DNA of 62,617 bases from Candidatus Subterrananammoxibius californiae (GTDB lineage Bacteria > Planctomycetota > Brocadiia > Brocadiales > Subterrananammoxibiaceae): contig JAURAC010000019.1 of NCBI GenBank assembly GCA_030586555.1, forward strand, positions 6,534 through 69,150, written 5' to 3'. This document shows positions 27,078-39,000 of this stretch, one piece after another. The notes below the pieces were generated by a model. That model saw only the letters and a program-made list of their open reading frames with translations, did no database searches and had not been told where the DNA came from. The position numbers were made by a program, and so were the translations under genes. How positions within the stretch are numbered: the stretch's first letter is position 1; each line of letters begins with the position of its first letter.

Positions 27078-28417
27078 AAGCACTTCTGGTTAACCCTACG
27101 TGGGAAGCCATTATTAGCCGCAAGGGTAAGAGGTATAATAGGCATTTTCCCCCATTAGATTTATTAAGTTGCGCGGCTTTACTTGAACAGGAAACGATAG
27201 AGGTTGAGGTTCTTGATGCAAACATTTCTGAGCTTTCACCATTAGAAATCGTTAACTATACGTCGAGATTCGATAAGGTCTTTGTTACCTCTACCCCCTA
27301 TTATAAGTGGCAGTGCCCCAACCTTGACTTTGACGTTTTTCTTGATTTTATCAAACCGTTTGATAAGCGGAATCTTTATTTAATGGGTGCGCATTGTTCA
27401 ATTTATCCAGAAAAAGTGCTGCAATTAACCGAAGTAGCTGGAATTATCAGGGGAGAACCCGAGTGCGCAGTTCTTGAGATTTGTAAGGGGAAGACATCCA
27501 AAGATATTCAGGGTCTTACATTCAAACTGAACGGCAGTATTATTTCTAATCAAGATAGAGGTTTACTTTCACTCGACCAGCTCCCCATCCCGGCATACCA
27601 CTTGTTAGACCCAAAGAAATATGGATATGAAATCCTCGGCAACAATTTTATGGTCTTTGAAGGCTCTCGTGGATGCCCGTACAAATGCATCTTTTGCCTT
27701 CAAATTATGTACGGAAACAGGTATAGGAAGAAAAGTGTTTCTAAACTAATTGCAGAGGTTGACTATGCCATCCAACAATTTGGGGTAGAGAATGGCTATT
27801 TCTATGACCTTGAATTTACATTGAACAAAGACCTTGTAAATAAGCTTTGCGACCATTTGATTGAAAGAAAATACAATTTCTCATGGGCATGTCAGACAAG
27901 GGCTGATTCAGTTGACCCACAGATATTAAAAAAGATGAAAGAGGCAGGTTGCAAGGTAATACACTTTGGGATTGAGACAGGCTCTGAAAAGATTCTTGAA
28001 CTTATAAACAAAAAGATTACCATCGAGGAAATAGAAATGGGAATAGAAATGACCAAACGAGCAGGTATCGAAACTGCCTGTTTCTTTATGTTTGGCTTCC
28101 CCGGGGAAACGGAGGTGGATTTTTCAAAGACTATCAATCTTGCCAAAAGGCTTAATCCCACCTATGCATCATTTCATGTAGCTACCCCGTATCCTGGTAC
28201 AGAATTTTTTAAGCACCTCGAAACAAATCACTCTAACATTAGCTTCCCTGAGGCATACACGAAAGAACATACCCTGGAGGAGTTGGAGGCTGTGACTCGA
28301 AAAGCATTCTTGCAATTTTACCTCAGACCTAAATACATCTTTTCAAGGCTTAGAACAGGGAATTTAACGTCATTAAAAAAACAATTTAGTCTTTTTATGA
28401 ATTTTATAAAACGGTAA
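27074..28417 (+). CDS. B12-binding radical SAM protein (class B methyltransferase-like)
   Basis: PPL, RGEPE, SRGCPYKCIFC, GIETGS and TPYPGT. Confidence 0.88.
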   Translation: MKALLVNPTWEAIISRKGKRYNRHFPPLDLLSCAALLEQETIEVEVLDANISELSPLEIVNYTSRFDKVFVTSTPYYKWQCPNLDFDVFLDFIKPFDKRNLYLMGAHCSIYPEKVLQLTEVAGIIRGEPECAVLEICKGKTSKDIQGLTFKLNGSIISNQDRGLLSLDQLPIPAYHLLDPKKYGYEILGNNFMVFEGSRGCPYKCIFCLQIMYGNRYRKKSVSKLIAEVDYAIQQFGVENGYFYDLEFTLNKDLVNKLCDHLIERKYNFSWACQTRADSVDPQILKKMKEAGCKVIHFGIETGSEKILELINKKITIEEIEMGIEMTKRAGIETACFFMFGFPGETEVDFSKTINLAKRLNPTYASFHVATPYPGTEFFKHLETNHSNISFPEAYTKEHTLEELEAVTRKAFLQFYLRPKYIFSRLRTGNLTSLKKQFSLFMNFIKR

Positions 28418-28441
28418 ATAACAAACCTGGATTAGTTCGGT

Positions 28442-29599
28442 ATGATTAAGATTATCGTTGTATTTGGAACAAGACCGGAAGCAATCAAATTGCTACCAGT
28501 TGTCAAGGAGTTGGGGAAATTTCCCGAACAGGTTCGTTTAGTGGTTTGCACTACAGGTCAACACAGGGAGTTGCTCGACCAGATGTTACAAACCTTCTCC
28601 GTAACGCCAGATTTTGATCTCGGTATCATGACGAAAAATCAAACCTTGTTCGATATTGTCACAAAATCACTTACAGAAATTAAACCGATTCTGGATAGTA
28701 CACATCCTGACCTCCTGTTAGTACAGGGTGATACAACAACGGCTTTTGCCTGTGCATTGGCAGCTTTTTATGAAAAGATTCCTGTTGGGCACGTTGAAGC
28801 AGGATTGCGGACATTCGACATGTATTATCCGTTCCCGGAGGAAATGAATAGAAAATTGATAAGTGGTATAGCTTCTTTACATTTTGCCCCAACCGAGAAC
28901 AACAAGAAGAACCTGCTTCGTGAAGGGGTAAATGAAAACAGCATCTTTGTTACGGGCAATACCGTTATAGACGCTTTGTTTACAGTGCTTAAAGAAAAAC
29001 CGAAAGAGTCGGGAGTTGGGAGTCGTGAGTCGGGAGTCAAGGGTAATAATCAATTAAAGATACTCGTTACTGCACACAGAAGGGAAAATTTTGGTGAACC
29101 TATAAAAAACATCTGTCTTGCCTTAAAAGAAATAGTTAAAAGGAATAAGAATGTTGAGATTATTTATCCTGTACATCCTAATCCGAATGTAGAGGGACCG
29201 GTATATAACATATTATCAGGGCAGGAAAGGCTAAATCTCATACAACCACTCGACTATGTGCCATTTGTGAATTTGATGAACGACTCATACTTGATACTAA
29301 CAGATTCTGGAGGCATCCAGGAAGAAGCCCCCGCACTCGGTAAGCCTGTACTTGTACTGAGGAATGAGACTGAACGGCCTGAGGCTGTAGAGGCTGGAAC
29401 CGTAAAGATTATCGGAACCAGAAAGGACAAAATAATCTCAGCCGTAGAATTGCTATTAAATAACGTGGCTGAATATGATAGAATGGCACGTGCTATAAAC
29501 CCTTATGGTGATGGGAGAGCAAGCTCTTATATAGTAAAAACCATTTTTTCTTTCTTTCAGGCAAAAATAGATAGAAATTTCAAAAGGACAATTCGGTGA
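28442..29599 (+). CDS. wecB: UDP-N-acetylglucosamine 2-epimerase (non-hydrolysing)
   Basis: FGTRPEAIK, TGQHRE, HVEAGLR, HRREN, TDSGGIQEE and NPYGDG. Confidence 0.95.
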   Translation: MIKIIVVFGTRPEAIKLLPVVKELGKFPEQVRLVVCTTGQHRELLDQMLQTFSVTPDFDLGIMTKNQTLFDIVTKSLTEIKPILDSTHPDLLLVQGDTTTAFACALAAFYEKIPVGHVEAGLRTFDMYYPFPEEMNRKLISGIASLHFAPTENNKKNLLREGVNENSIFVTGNTVIDALFTVLKEKPKESGVGSRESGVKGNNQLKILVTAHRRENFGEPIKNICLALKEIVKRNKNVEIIYPVHPNPNVEGPVYNILSGQERLNLIQPLDYVPFVNLMNDSYLILTDSGGIQEEAPALGKPVLVLRNETERPEAVEAGTVKIIGTRKDKIISAVELLLNNVAEYDRMARAINPYGDGRASSYIVKTIFSFFQAKIDRNFKRTIR

Positions 29600-31035
29600 A
29601 TATTTTGTTGTTAAATCCCCCGGCTCCGACTGCAGTTATAAGGGAAGGAAGGTGTCAGTCCCCCCAGAACATGCGAAAGACATCCATTCCACAAATGAGC
29701 CTTGCCTATATAGCCTCCGTTCTTGAGAAAAATAATTACCAGATAGAACTTTATGATTGCATTGCATTGGAGATTGATGAGGAAAAGTTAATATCTATAA
29801 TTAAGAGTGAAGAGCCCCGTTTAGCCATAGTAAATGTGACTACCCCCAGCTTCTACAATGATATTAAAATAATTGAGAAAATGAAATCAGTTATTCCTGA
29901 TTGCATTATTGCCATTTTCGGTACCCATGCCACATCGCTCCATAAAAGTATCCTTAGCGCTTATCCATGTGTAGATGTTGTTATAAGGGGAGAACCTGAA
30001 CGAACTGCAGAAGAATTGGCATACAAGATTAAAAATGGGGATGGCTTTTCAGATGTATTGGGAATATCGTTCAGGGCCAATGGGAGCGTTCATGAAAATA
30101 AGGAGAGACCATGGGTAGATGACTTAGATGAACTGGGATACCCTGCAAGACATCTCCTTCCTAATAATAAATATATTCATCCTGTTACCAACAAACCCTA
30201 TACGACGGTCAACACCTCCAGAGGTTGTCGTCAGCAATGTATTTTCTGTGTAGCGCATCTTTACTATGGATATAAGTTGCGCAAGCGGAGCGTAAAAAGT
30301 GTACTTGATGAAATTCAATTCGATGTTATTGGGAAGTACGGTATTAATAATATATGGATGTTCGCAGATGACTTCACCGGCGATAAGAATTTTGTTGTTG
30401 ATATATGTAAAGGTATAATACAAAGGAACTTGAAGATAACGTGGTGGTCGAATACACGGGTTGACGTTCTTGACCGGGAAATGTTTGAATGGATGAAAAA
30501 GAGTGGTTGTTTTATGCTCTCCATAGGTGGTGAAAGCGGCAATCAGGATATATTAAACAGGATGAAAAAAAGGGCTCAGTTGAGCCAGATAAAGAATACG
30601 ATAAAGATGCTCAGAGAGGTTGGCATCCTTTCTCTGGTCTATTTTTTAATAGGCTTACCTGGTGAATCGAGGAGTACTATAAAAGATACCGTTGATTTCG
30701 CCAAACAAATCAATCCGGACTATGTAGAATTTTATCCTGCCACCCCTTACCCGGGAACAGAGTTTTATGAGATTGCAAAAAAAGAAAATATGATTACCAC
30801 TGATGATTGGTCTCTTTATGAATGTGGAGGAATAAGATTTGTAGTGCGTGTTCCAGGGGTAAGCCACGAGGAATTAGAGTGCATACTGCAAGATGCTTAC
30901 AAAGAATTTTATTATCGAACTCCTTATTTATTATTACTTTTAAAAAGAATGACCAACCCGGTTGAATTTTTAAGGTTATGTAGATTTGGATTGACGTATT
31001 TTAAACGCTTATTGCCTGGAAAAATAAGGGATTAA
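29596..31035 (+). CDS. B12-binding radical SAM protein
   Basis: REGRC, RGEPE, SRGCRQQCIFC and TPYPGT. Confidence 0.88.
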   Translation: MNILLLNPPAPTAVIREGRCQSPQNMRKTSIPQMSLAYIASVLEKNNYQIELYDCIALEIDEEKLISIIKSEEPRLAIVNVTTPSFYNDIKIIEKMKSVIPDCIIAIFGTHATSLHKSILSAYPCVDVVIRGEPERTAEELAYKIKNGDGFSDVLGISFRANGSVHENKERPWVDDLDELGYPARHLLPNNKYIHPVTNKPYTTVNTSRGCRQQCIFCVAHLYYGYKLRKRSVKSVLDEIQFDVIGKYGINNIWMFADDFTGDKNFVVDICKGIIQRNLKITWWSNTRVDVLDREMFEWMKKSGCFMLSIGGESGNQDILNRMKKRAQLSQIKNTIKMLREVGILSLVYFLIGLPGESRSTIKDTVDFAKQINPDYVEFYPATPYPGTEFYEIAKKENMITTDDWSLYECGGIRFVVRVPGVSHEELECILQDAYKEFYYRTPYLLLLLKRMTNPVEFLRLCRFGLTYFKRLLPGKIRD

Positions 31036-31039
31036 ACCT

Positions 31040-31789
31040 TTGATATACATTTTGCTCCCTACATATAACGAAGAACAATCCGTAGAACCACTCTTGTTAA
31101 GAATCAAAAAGGGTATGTCCAAAAGAAATTATCAATATTTTGTAGTCGTCTATAATGATGGCAGCACGGATAATACGTCTGAAATCCTTAAGAGAAATGT
31201 TCATGATATACCGTTAGTTGTAATTGGAGAAATGGGAAATAAGGGCTTGGGTTATGCAATGAAATCTTTAGTAAATAAGGTCCTCGAACTGTCAACCGAT
31301 GATGATGATATTACTATTGTTCTTGATGCTGATAATACACATAACCCGGAACATATATTTCGGATGGTTGATGACATAAGCGACGGGTTTGACATTGTTA
31401 TTGCCTCTCGTTTCTTAAGAGATAGCAGAACCCTTGGAGTTCCAAAATATCGTAATCTGCTGAGTATTATCGCAAGCTATTTAATGAAGATATTGTTTCC
31501 CATTAAGGGGGTCAGGGACTATACGTGCGGCTACAGGGCTTATAGAGTAGGGTTGCTGAGAAACGCAAAGAATATTTATGGAGACGCCCTTATAACCGAA
31601 CGTGGTTTTGCCTGTATGGCAGAATTATTAATAAAATTACGCCGATTAGGGATACTTGCTGTAGAAATCCCATTAGTGCTTAAATATAATCTTAAAGGTG
31701 GGAAAAGCAAGATGGATGTGCCAGTGACTATTTTGAAGACCTTGCGCTTAATCTGGAGGTCTTTATTCAGGAGAAGTACAGTACAGTGA
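31040..31789 (+). CDS. GT2 polyprenyl-phosphate mannose synthase-like protein
   Basis: LLPTYNE, NDGSTD, LDADNTH, IASRF and DYTCGYRAY. Confidence 0.88.
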   Translation: MIYILLPTYNEEQSVEPLLLRIKKGMSKRNYQYFVVVYNDGSTDNTSEILKRNVHDIPLVVIGEMGNKGLGYAMKSLVNKVLELSTDDDDITIVLDADNTHNPEHIFRMVDDISDGFDIVIASRFLRDSRTLGVPKYRNLLSIIASYLMKILFPIKGVRDYTCGYRAYRVGLLRNAKNIYGDALITERGFACMAELLIKLRRLGILAVEIPLVLKYNLKGGKSKMDVPVTILKTLRLIWRSLFRRSTVQ

Positions 31790-31799
31790 GTGGACTATA

Positions 31800-32894
31800 A
31801 TGAGAGAAAAAAACCTCAGGCTAATTAAAGAAAAAATAAAGGACGGTTCGTTATTATGGTTGCCTAAACAAGCTGCTAAATACATTGCCGTTCTTGCATC
31901 AATGTATACACATCGTGCATTTGCAGGTCCCATTATGGCATCACTTATGGTTACGTATCGTTGCAACTTAGACTGCGTGATGTGTGACTTTCCCGCACGT
32001 GCCGGAGCCAAAGAATTTGACACGGGAAGGATGAAAAAGATTATAGATGAATTGGCTGATATTGGTACAAATGTAATCAGCTTTACCGGCGGCGAGCCCC
32101 TTTTCAGGAAGGATATATTTGAGCTAATAGCCCACGCCAAAAGGAATGGATTAGTAACCCAGATGCCATCCAATGGTACGTTATTAACGGAAGAAAGGGC
32201 ACAAGCTTTAATTGATTCAGGGCTCGATGCACTAACGATTTCAATAGACGGCGCATGCAAAGAAACACATGACCGTATTAGAGGAATAAATGGGTCTTAT
32301 GAAAAAGCAATACAAGGCGTACAAAATATAGTGAGTCTTCGTAAAAAGAATAACAAAGGTCCTACGATAACATTATCAATGGTCATAAATAAATACAATG
32401 TAAAAGAGATACTTGATATGCAAACCCTTGCCTCCAAATTGGAAGCCGACAACATGTGTTTTTTTAGTGAAGAGGGTGAGGGCAGTAAATTGAACCCCCT
32501 TGACCAAGACAATCAATCAATTATTCAAGATGTTTTAGACCGCTTAATAGAAGAAAAAAAACAGTCTAATATTATTGACAACTCAACTGGTGCATTAAGA
32601 TTATTAAAGAGCCGCTACCGTGGAGAGAGGCTTCCCATTCGATGTGTTGCCCTAAATACTACCATCTTCCTGGATTGCTATGGAAATGTTTTTCCGTGTA
32701 ATTTCTGGCTTAACATTAATAAACCAGTTATGAAGATTGATGGTGCCTCTATAAAGGATGTGTGGACTTCCAGAGAATATTCTCATCTTCGCAAAAAACT
32801 GCGTGATTGTCGGCGATGTTATTATATGTGTCATGTGGAACTTAGCCTGTTGTTTGATATCTTTGGCAATGTAAGAAGGTTTATAAGTAAATGA
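31800..32894 (+). CDS. Radical SAM/SPASM domain protein
   Basis: CNLDCVMC, FTGGEP and SIDG; C-terminal C...GNVFPC...C..C...C. Confidence 0.88.
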   Translation: MREKNLRLIKEKIKDGSLLWLPKQAAKYIAVLASMYTHRAFAGPIMASLMVTYRCNLDCVMCDFPARAGAKEFDTGRMKKIIDELADIGTNVISFTGGEPLFRKDIFELIAHAKRNGLVTQMPSNGTLLTEERAQALIDSGLDALTISIDGACKETHDRIRGINGSYEKAIQGVQNIVSLRKKNNKGPTITLSMVINKYNVKEILDMQTLASKLEADNMCFFSEEGEGSKLNPLDQDNQSIIQDVLDRLIEEKKQSNIIDNSTGALRLLKSRYRGERLPIRCVALNTTIFLDCYGNVFPCNFWLNINKPVMKIDGASIKDVWTSREYSHLRKKLRDCRRCYYMCHVELSLLFDIFGNVRRFISK

Positions 32895-34399
32895 TGAAAT
32901 CGCTTAAACAATTAGTTTCAAATAAATATTTTTTGATAATGGCAGCCGTTTTCTCTGTTGCAATTATTATAAGGGCTTGTTTTTTTATCGGATTTGGGCT
33001 CGGTGACGACTCCATTTATGCCGGCGTAGTCAGGAATATAATGAATGGCGGCTTTAGAGGTCTTGATCTTAATTATGGCATGGATTACAGAGTCGGGTTA
33101 TATTTGCCCATTTTACTATTTTTCTCAATATTTGGAATAAATGACATTTCCTTTGTGCTGTATCCCCTCCTTGCATCTCTGGGTTCAATAATAGTAATTT
33201 ATTTTATAGGCAAAGAACTTTTTGGGAAAGAAACAGGTATCATCGCTGCCATTTTAATGACGTTTTGCCCATTTGATGCAGTCTTTGCTTCCACAATGAC
33301 AATAGACATTATGACCTCGCTCTTTACGGCGCTAAGTTTTCTCTTCTTTTTAAAAGGCCATAATGATAAAAGCTGGAAATTCATTTTATATTTTGCATTT
33401 GCTTCCTTGGCCATGTTTTATAATTATATGATAAAAATCCCATCAGTATTAGTTCTGTGCTGTTTTGCCATTATCACTTTAATTAACATCAGGGTCTTTA
33501 TAAGACACCTCGTCTTTTATGGGAGTTTTGCAACACTACTATTAGCGTCATTTTATACCGATTATCTCCTTACGGGAAGATTTCTCAATTACTGGCATAC
33601 AGAACTCACCCAGAGTGCACGCGGTTTTGGTCCCTACTGGTATACACTCCTCGAATACTTCAGATGGATGTTTTACAGGCTGGGGGACGGGAGCCTCCTT
33701 TTTGGTTATTTGTACCATGCACTTATTCCTGCCTTGCTTTATGTTGGGGTCAGAAGGCTTAGATGTTCTTATCCTGTAATAATCTGGGCACTGTCAATAT
33801 TTATTCTTCTTGAATTTATACCTAAACAGTGGCAGCTACCCTACGAACCTGCGCCGAGATTTCCAAGGTATACTCACGCTTTTGTGATACCGAGCGTACT
33901 AATGATAGCTGAGGCGTTGTACTCAATATTGAAATGGAAGACGTATCCCTTTGCTATTTGCATCGCTGGCTTAGTAATTAGTTCCATTGTTGAAGCGCAT
34001 GTTCTCTACAAAACATGGGCAGAACCATTTTCTGATAATAATGAGGCGTCACAATTCGTGCTTTCACTTAAGCCAGATAGAAAAATCATATCCGATGGCT
34101 GGTTTTATAATCGTTTCGAGTTTGATGCTAAATATAAAAAACCACATTTAATAGTATGGGACATAAATGGTAAACGCCTTCAGTATGACATTATTGAAAA
34201 AAAAGATTTTGCCGAATTAGAAAAGGTCAAAAATGCATATATTGTGGTAGGGGGTTCAAGGGCTGTCTATGCAGCGATGTTTTCCGTATTTAATCTCGGC
34301 ACATCTAAGCCGCCGAACAATTGGAAGCTAATCAAAGAAATCCCCAAAAAGATTACTTCATATAGAGAAGAAACGCTAAAGATTTTTGATGTGAAATAG
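32891..34399 (+). CDS. GT-C (ArnT/PMT family) glycosyltransferase, paralog 1
   Basis: GDD..Y acidic motif after TM1 and multiple TM helices. Confidence 0.8.
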   Translation: MMKSLKQLVSNKYFLIMAAVFSVAIIIRACFFIGFGLGDDSIYAGVVRNIMNGGFRGLDLNYGMDYRVGLYLPILLFFSIFGINDISFVLYPLLASLGSIIVIYFIGKELFGKETGIIAAILMTFCPFDAVFASTMTIDIMTSLFTALSFLFFLKGHNDKSWKFILYFAFASLAMFYNYMIKIPSVLVLCCFAIITLINIRVFIRHLVFYGSFATLLLASFYTDYLLTGRFLNYWHTELTQSARGFGPYWYTLLEYFRWMFYRLGDGSLLFGYLYHALIPALLYVGVRRLRCSYPVIIWALSIFILLEFIPKQWQLPYEPAPRFPRYTHAFVIPSVLMIAEALYSILKWKTYPFAICIAGLVISSIVEAHVLYKTWAEPFSDNNEASQFVLSLKPDRKIISDGWFYNRFEFDAKYKKPHLIVWDINGKRLQYDIIEKKDFAELEKVKNAYIVVGGSRAVYAAMFSVFNLGTSKPPNNWKLIKEIPKKITSYREETLKIFDVK

Positions 34400-34417
34400 A
34401 AATAAGCAATTAATTCA

Positions 34418-36040
34418 ATGTCTGAGGTTAATACGAATATCATAAATCCCGTATTCCGTAAGAATTGTTTAAGCAATAAGTATTTGTGGCTTATGGCAAT
34501 TATCCTTACTGTTGCCATAACTGTCAGAATAATATTTTTTATCGGTTTCGGCTTAGGCGACGACCTCATCTATTCAAGCGTGGTTAACAATATAATGAAT
34601 TATGGCTTTCAATCTTTTGACCTTAATTATGGCGTAAATTACAGAATCGGGCTATATCTACCCATGTTACTATTTTTTTCAATCCTTGGAGTAAATGACC
34701 TTTCCCTTGTGCTGTATCCGCTTCTTGCGTCTCTGGGTTCAATAATAGTAATTTACTTTATAGGCAAGGAACTTTTTGGCAAAGAAGCTGGTATCATTGC
34801 CGCAATATTATTGGCTTTGTGTCCATTTGATGCAGTATTTGCCTCCACGCTGACCATTGATATTATCACATCCTTTTTTGTAGCATTAAGCGTTCTCCTT
34901 TTCTTAAAAGGCGATGCGTGTACAGGAAAGAAACGTATCCTATATTTTGTCCTATCAGCAATCTTTCTTTTTTATGGATATTTAGTTAAGATTCCTACTT
35001 ACTTTATACTATGCTGTTTAGTAATTATATCGCTTATCAAAATAAAGTCGTTTAAGAGACATCTAATTTTCTATGGAAGCACCCTTATGCTTCTCTTGGT
35101 ATCCTTTGTGGCTGACCATTTTCTTTCGGGATATTTCTTAAATTACCCACATACCCAGTTAACCCAGTGTATACAGCCTATCTGGTATGTTAGAATATTG
35201 CTGGACTATCCAGAATGGCTGTTTGAAAGGATGCGTGACGGAAGCATGCTATTCGGTTATTATTTTTATCTAATAATCCCTGCCTTGATTTACATATCCA
35301 GCACAAGGCTAAAGCAAGCCTTCCCTTTACTTATATGGCTTTTGGTGCTATTTTTAATTATGGAGTTTATACCGTTGAAATTTGAACTTCCCTATAAGCC
35401 CTCACCAAGATATCCGAGATACCTGCATGCCCTCCTGATACCATCCGTTGTAATATTAGCTGCTGGTTTTTACGAACTATTGAAGTTTAAAAAACCAGTT
35501 TTCATTGCTGCACTTGTTACCTTTTTAACAAGCTCAGTCATAGAAGCATCCATTCTTTATAAAACATGGAAGGAACCTTTTACAGATGTTAACGAAGCAT
35601 CTAAATTCCTGCTAACGCTGCCAGAGAAGCCTATTTATTCAGACTTCTTGGTTCTTAACCGATTTAAATTTGATGCCCAATATAAAAAGAACTATCTTAT
35701 CCCGTGGGATTTAAATGAAATTTTATTGGAACTGGATAAATTAAAAGGGGGGCTGAGCTATTTTCTCCCACGAGACTTAAATGAAATTGGCGCTGAAGAA
35801 AAAAGGGGTTTTAGTGAATTAAAGAAGATGCGCAGCGGTTACGTGGTTGCTGGCGGTTCACGGAGTGTAGAGATACCCGAGTGGTCAATATCTATTTTTA
35901 ATCTCAATGGCAACAAACCACCTCAAAATTGGAAGCTCATCAAAGAAATTCCTAAAGAACTTACTTCCTATAGAAAAGAGATTCTAAAGATATACGAGGT
36001 ATTACCTGAACAAACCGAAAAGTATGCTGAACAAAATTAA
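34418..36040 (+). CDS. GT-C (ArnT/PMT family) glycosyltransferase, tandem paralog 2
   Basis: Near-identical blocks with paralog 1 (FFIGFGLGDD, YPLLASLGSIIVIYFIGKELFGKE). Confidence 0.8.
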   Translation: MSEVNTNIINPVFRKNCLSNKYLWLMAIILTVAITVRIIFFIGFGLGDDLIYSSVVNNIMNYGFQSFDLNYGVNYRIGLYLPMLLFFSILGVNDLSLVLYPLLASLGSIIVIYFIGKELFGKEAGIIAAILLALCPFDAVFASTLTIDIITSFFVALSVLLFLKGDACTGKKRILYFVLSAIFLFYGYLVKIPTYFILCCLVIISLIKIKSFKRHLIFYGSTLMLLLVSFVADHFLSGYFLNYPHTQLTQCIQPIWYVRILLDYPEWLFERMRDGSMLFGYYFYLIIPALIYISSTRLKQAFPLLIWLLVLFLIMEFIPLKFELPYKPSPRYPRYLHALLIPSVVILAAGFYELLKFKKPVFIAALVTFLTSSVIEASILYKTWKEPFTDVNEASKFLLTLPEKPIYSDFLVLNRFKFDAQYKKNYLIPWDLNEILLELDKLKGGLSYFLPRDLNEIGAEEKRGFSELKKMRSGYVVAGGSRSVEIPEWSISIFNLNGNKPPQNWKLIKEIPKELTSYRKEILKIYEVLPEQTEKYAEQN

Positions 36041-39000
36041 TACGGAACGAAGACATATAATATGTGACGCTATTATCCTTATCCTTCTCGAAATATTTAT
36101 CCTGTCTTATTTTCACCCTTCGCTTCTTATCAAGGATACAATAATTAGTGGGGGTGATACCGCATCATATTTTCATCCACTAAAGTATTTAAAGGAAACC
36201 CTTCTGTCCAGCGGAAGGCTTATCGGATGGGACCCGGGAAATTTTGCCGGCTACCCACTATTCCAGTTCTATTTCGTTATACCATTTCTTTTAGCCGTAA
36301 TACTGGGTTATTTCATTAAGCTTACAGTTGCACTGAAGATTGTGTCCATCCTTGGGATTCTTACCCTGCCTCTTTTTGCGTATTCTTCTTTCAGGAAGCT
36401 AAACTACAGCTTCCCTGTGCCCGTTATTGCCGCAATTCTTATCCTTGTCTTTCTCTTTCAGGAGGGTTACAACATGTGGGGTGGTAATATCCTGAGCACG
36501 CTTGCTGGTGAATTCTGCTACGGGATAAGCCTCTCTGTGTTTGTTCTGTACCTTGGACATTTATATAGAGGCATAAATGATAATAAAGGTATCGTAAAAA
36601 ACGCCTTCTTGCTGGCTTTATGCGGCTTTTGCCATAGCTTTATCTTCGTGATTGCAGTAACGCTTTCCCTCTTCTTCCTTTTTCAAGATTTTGTGCCGTG
36701 GACGAACTTGTTTGCCCGTGCCAAATCCACTGATGGCAGAGATGAATTTGTCAGGAAATTGAAATATGTAGTAAAGCTTAATTTCCTTGCGTTTCTACTC
36801 TTAGGTTTTTGGTTTATCCCATTTATAACAAAGGTAAAGTATACAACCCCATTTTATTTAATCTGGTCTTTTGGCAGTTGGAAAGAGTTACTTTCTTTTT
36901 CTTTACTGCCCTTTTTGATTCTTAGTATAATAAGGGTTGCCTTACCGAAAAGGTTCATGAAAAGCGATGACGAAGGAAGATGCACATATTTTCTTTATAT
37001 ATGTTTTGTTTCAATCATGCTGTACTGCAATGCGCACCTTCACCGTGCTCCGGACATCCGGTTTCTACCTGTCTTCTACTTAATGACAATCTTTATAACG
37101 GCAGACATGGTAGGTTGTATCGTTCGCTATATTAAACCCAGGGTTATCTTCGGCTCTATTGTATTATTTGGGATAACATTTTGGATTTATTACCAGGGAG
37201 GAAATGTCGAAAGCTGGGCAAAATGGAACTACGAGGGGTATGAGGCAAAGGCAACGTGGAAGACATTTGAAAGGATTAATTCCTTCCTGAAAGGAGAGGT
37301 CTCAGCACCCAGGGTGGCGTACGAAAAATCCCATTTATACAACTCGTTCGGCAGCGATAGGGTCTTTGAATCACTTCCCCTATTTAGCGGCCGCCAGACC
37401 CTTGAAGGCATTCATTTTGCATCCTCGCTCTCTTCCAAACCCATATTATTCCTTCAAACAGAGCTTTCCCATGACATCCTTGCGCCCATATCCTACATAT
37501 TCTCAAGAGTAGATATTGATGCGCTGTCTAAACATTTAAAGATGTTTAACATCAGCCACTTGCTTGTAGTAACAGAAAAAACAAAAGATTCGCTCAGAAA
37601 AAACACTGATTTTAAAGAGATATTTAAACTCGAAAAATACAGTATCTTTGAGTTTACCAGAAACAAAGGTAATTACGTCGAGATACCGAAATATCTTCCA
37701 GTGGTTTTTACCGGTAAAGACTGGAGAGAGCAATTTTACGAATGGTTTAAAACCCGTGATACATTGGACATCCCTCTTATTCCAATAGAATTTATTTCCA
37801 AAAGAGACCTTAGCCACTTTAAGACATTTTCGGATAATATTCATGATATAAGCCATCTTAAAAATAATGATTTATTAAGCCTTAAATCAGACGCAACGCA
37901 ACCAGAAATAATAGAAACATTTAGTCCTTTCGAGATAAAATTCGTAACGCCATACCCTCACGTGCCGCATATAATAAAGGTATCTTACTTTCCTAACTGG
38001 AAGGTCTCAGGGGCAGATAAAATATACCCCGTCTCCCCAAGCTTTATGCTTGTCATACCCAACCAGAATGAGGTTACGTTAACGTATGGCCGCACCCCTG
38101 CTGATATATTAGGAATAATCTTTACTTTAGCAGGATTAGTCATAAGCGCTGTAACAGTATGCGGCTTATGGAGCAGGGTGGCATGGACAAATTCATTTGT
38201 CTGTGCTCAAAAAATCTGGGATTTCGTTTATAAGACACTGAGGCCCTGCCTTCTAATTGCAATAATCGTTTTATTGGCCGTATCAACGACGTATTGCATG
38301 ATATACAGGAACTATCCCATCAAGACATACCACAAAGGTATGGACATCTACTCGAGTGGCAGATATGAGGATGCTATTAAGACGTTTCAAAAGATAACCA
38401 GGGATAAAAAATACGATATAGTGGATGTCGTCCTTTCTATGCTCTTTGAGGCAAGAAGCCACATAAACATGAAGAGGTATGACAATGCCATTAAAATATT
38501 TCAAGACATAATTGACACTTACCCTTATAGCCGATACGTAGCAGAAGCTTATTATGAAATAGGACAGGTCTATATGATACAAGATGACATTGAATCGGCA
38601 AGAATGGCGTTTGAAAAGGCAATTGATACCGATGAATATTCGTCCTACGCCACACATGCAAAGAATAAGCTTGCGCAACTGACAAAAGGCTTTTCACCCT
38701 CTGCAACATATAATAAAGGAATCGCCCTGTTCAATGAAAAAAAATATGCTGAAGCGGCAGAGGTATTTACAAGGATTACATCTACCAATCCGCCTGAGGC
38801 GGATGAAGCGCCAGAATACCCGCTTTCGCTCTTATTTGAGGCAAGATGCTATACCAACATGGGTGATTACGGTAAAGCTATTAAAACCTTCCGGAAGGTA
38901 CTTGTAAGGCATAAAGATAGTATATATGCGCCGGAATGTTATTATGAGATAGGATTAATTTATTTGAAGAAGGATAAAAAAGGATTAGCTAAAGAGATGT

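Noticed and set aside
35692..35790. Short internal duplication Y..P.DLNEI in GT-C paralog 2
   Set aside because: Real but minor local duplication; no functional inference possible.
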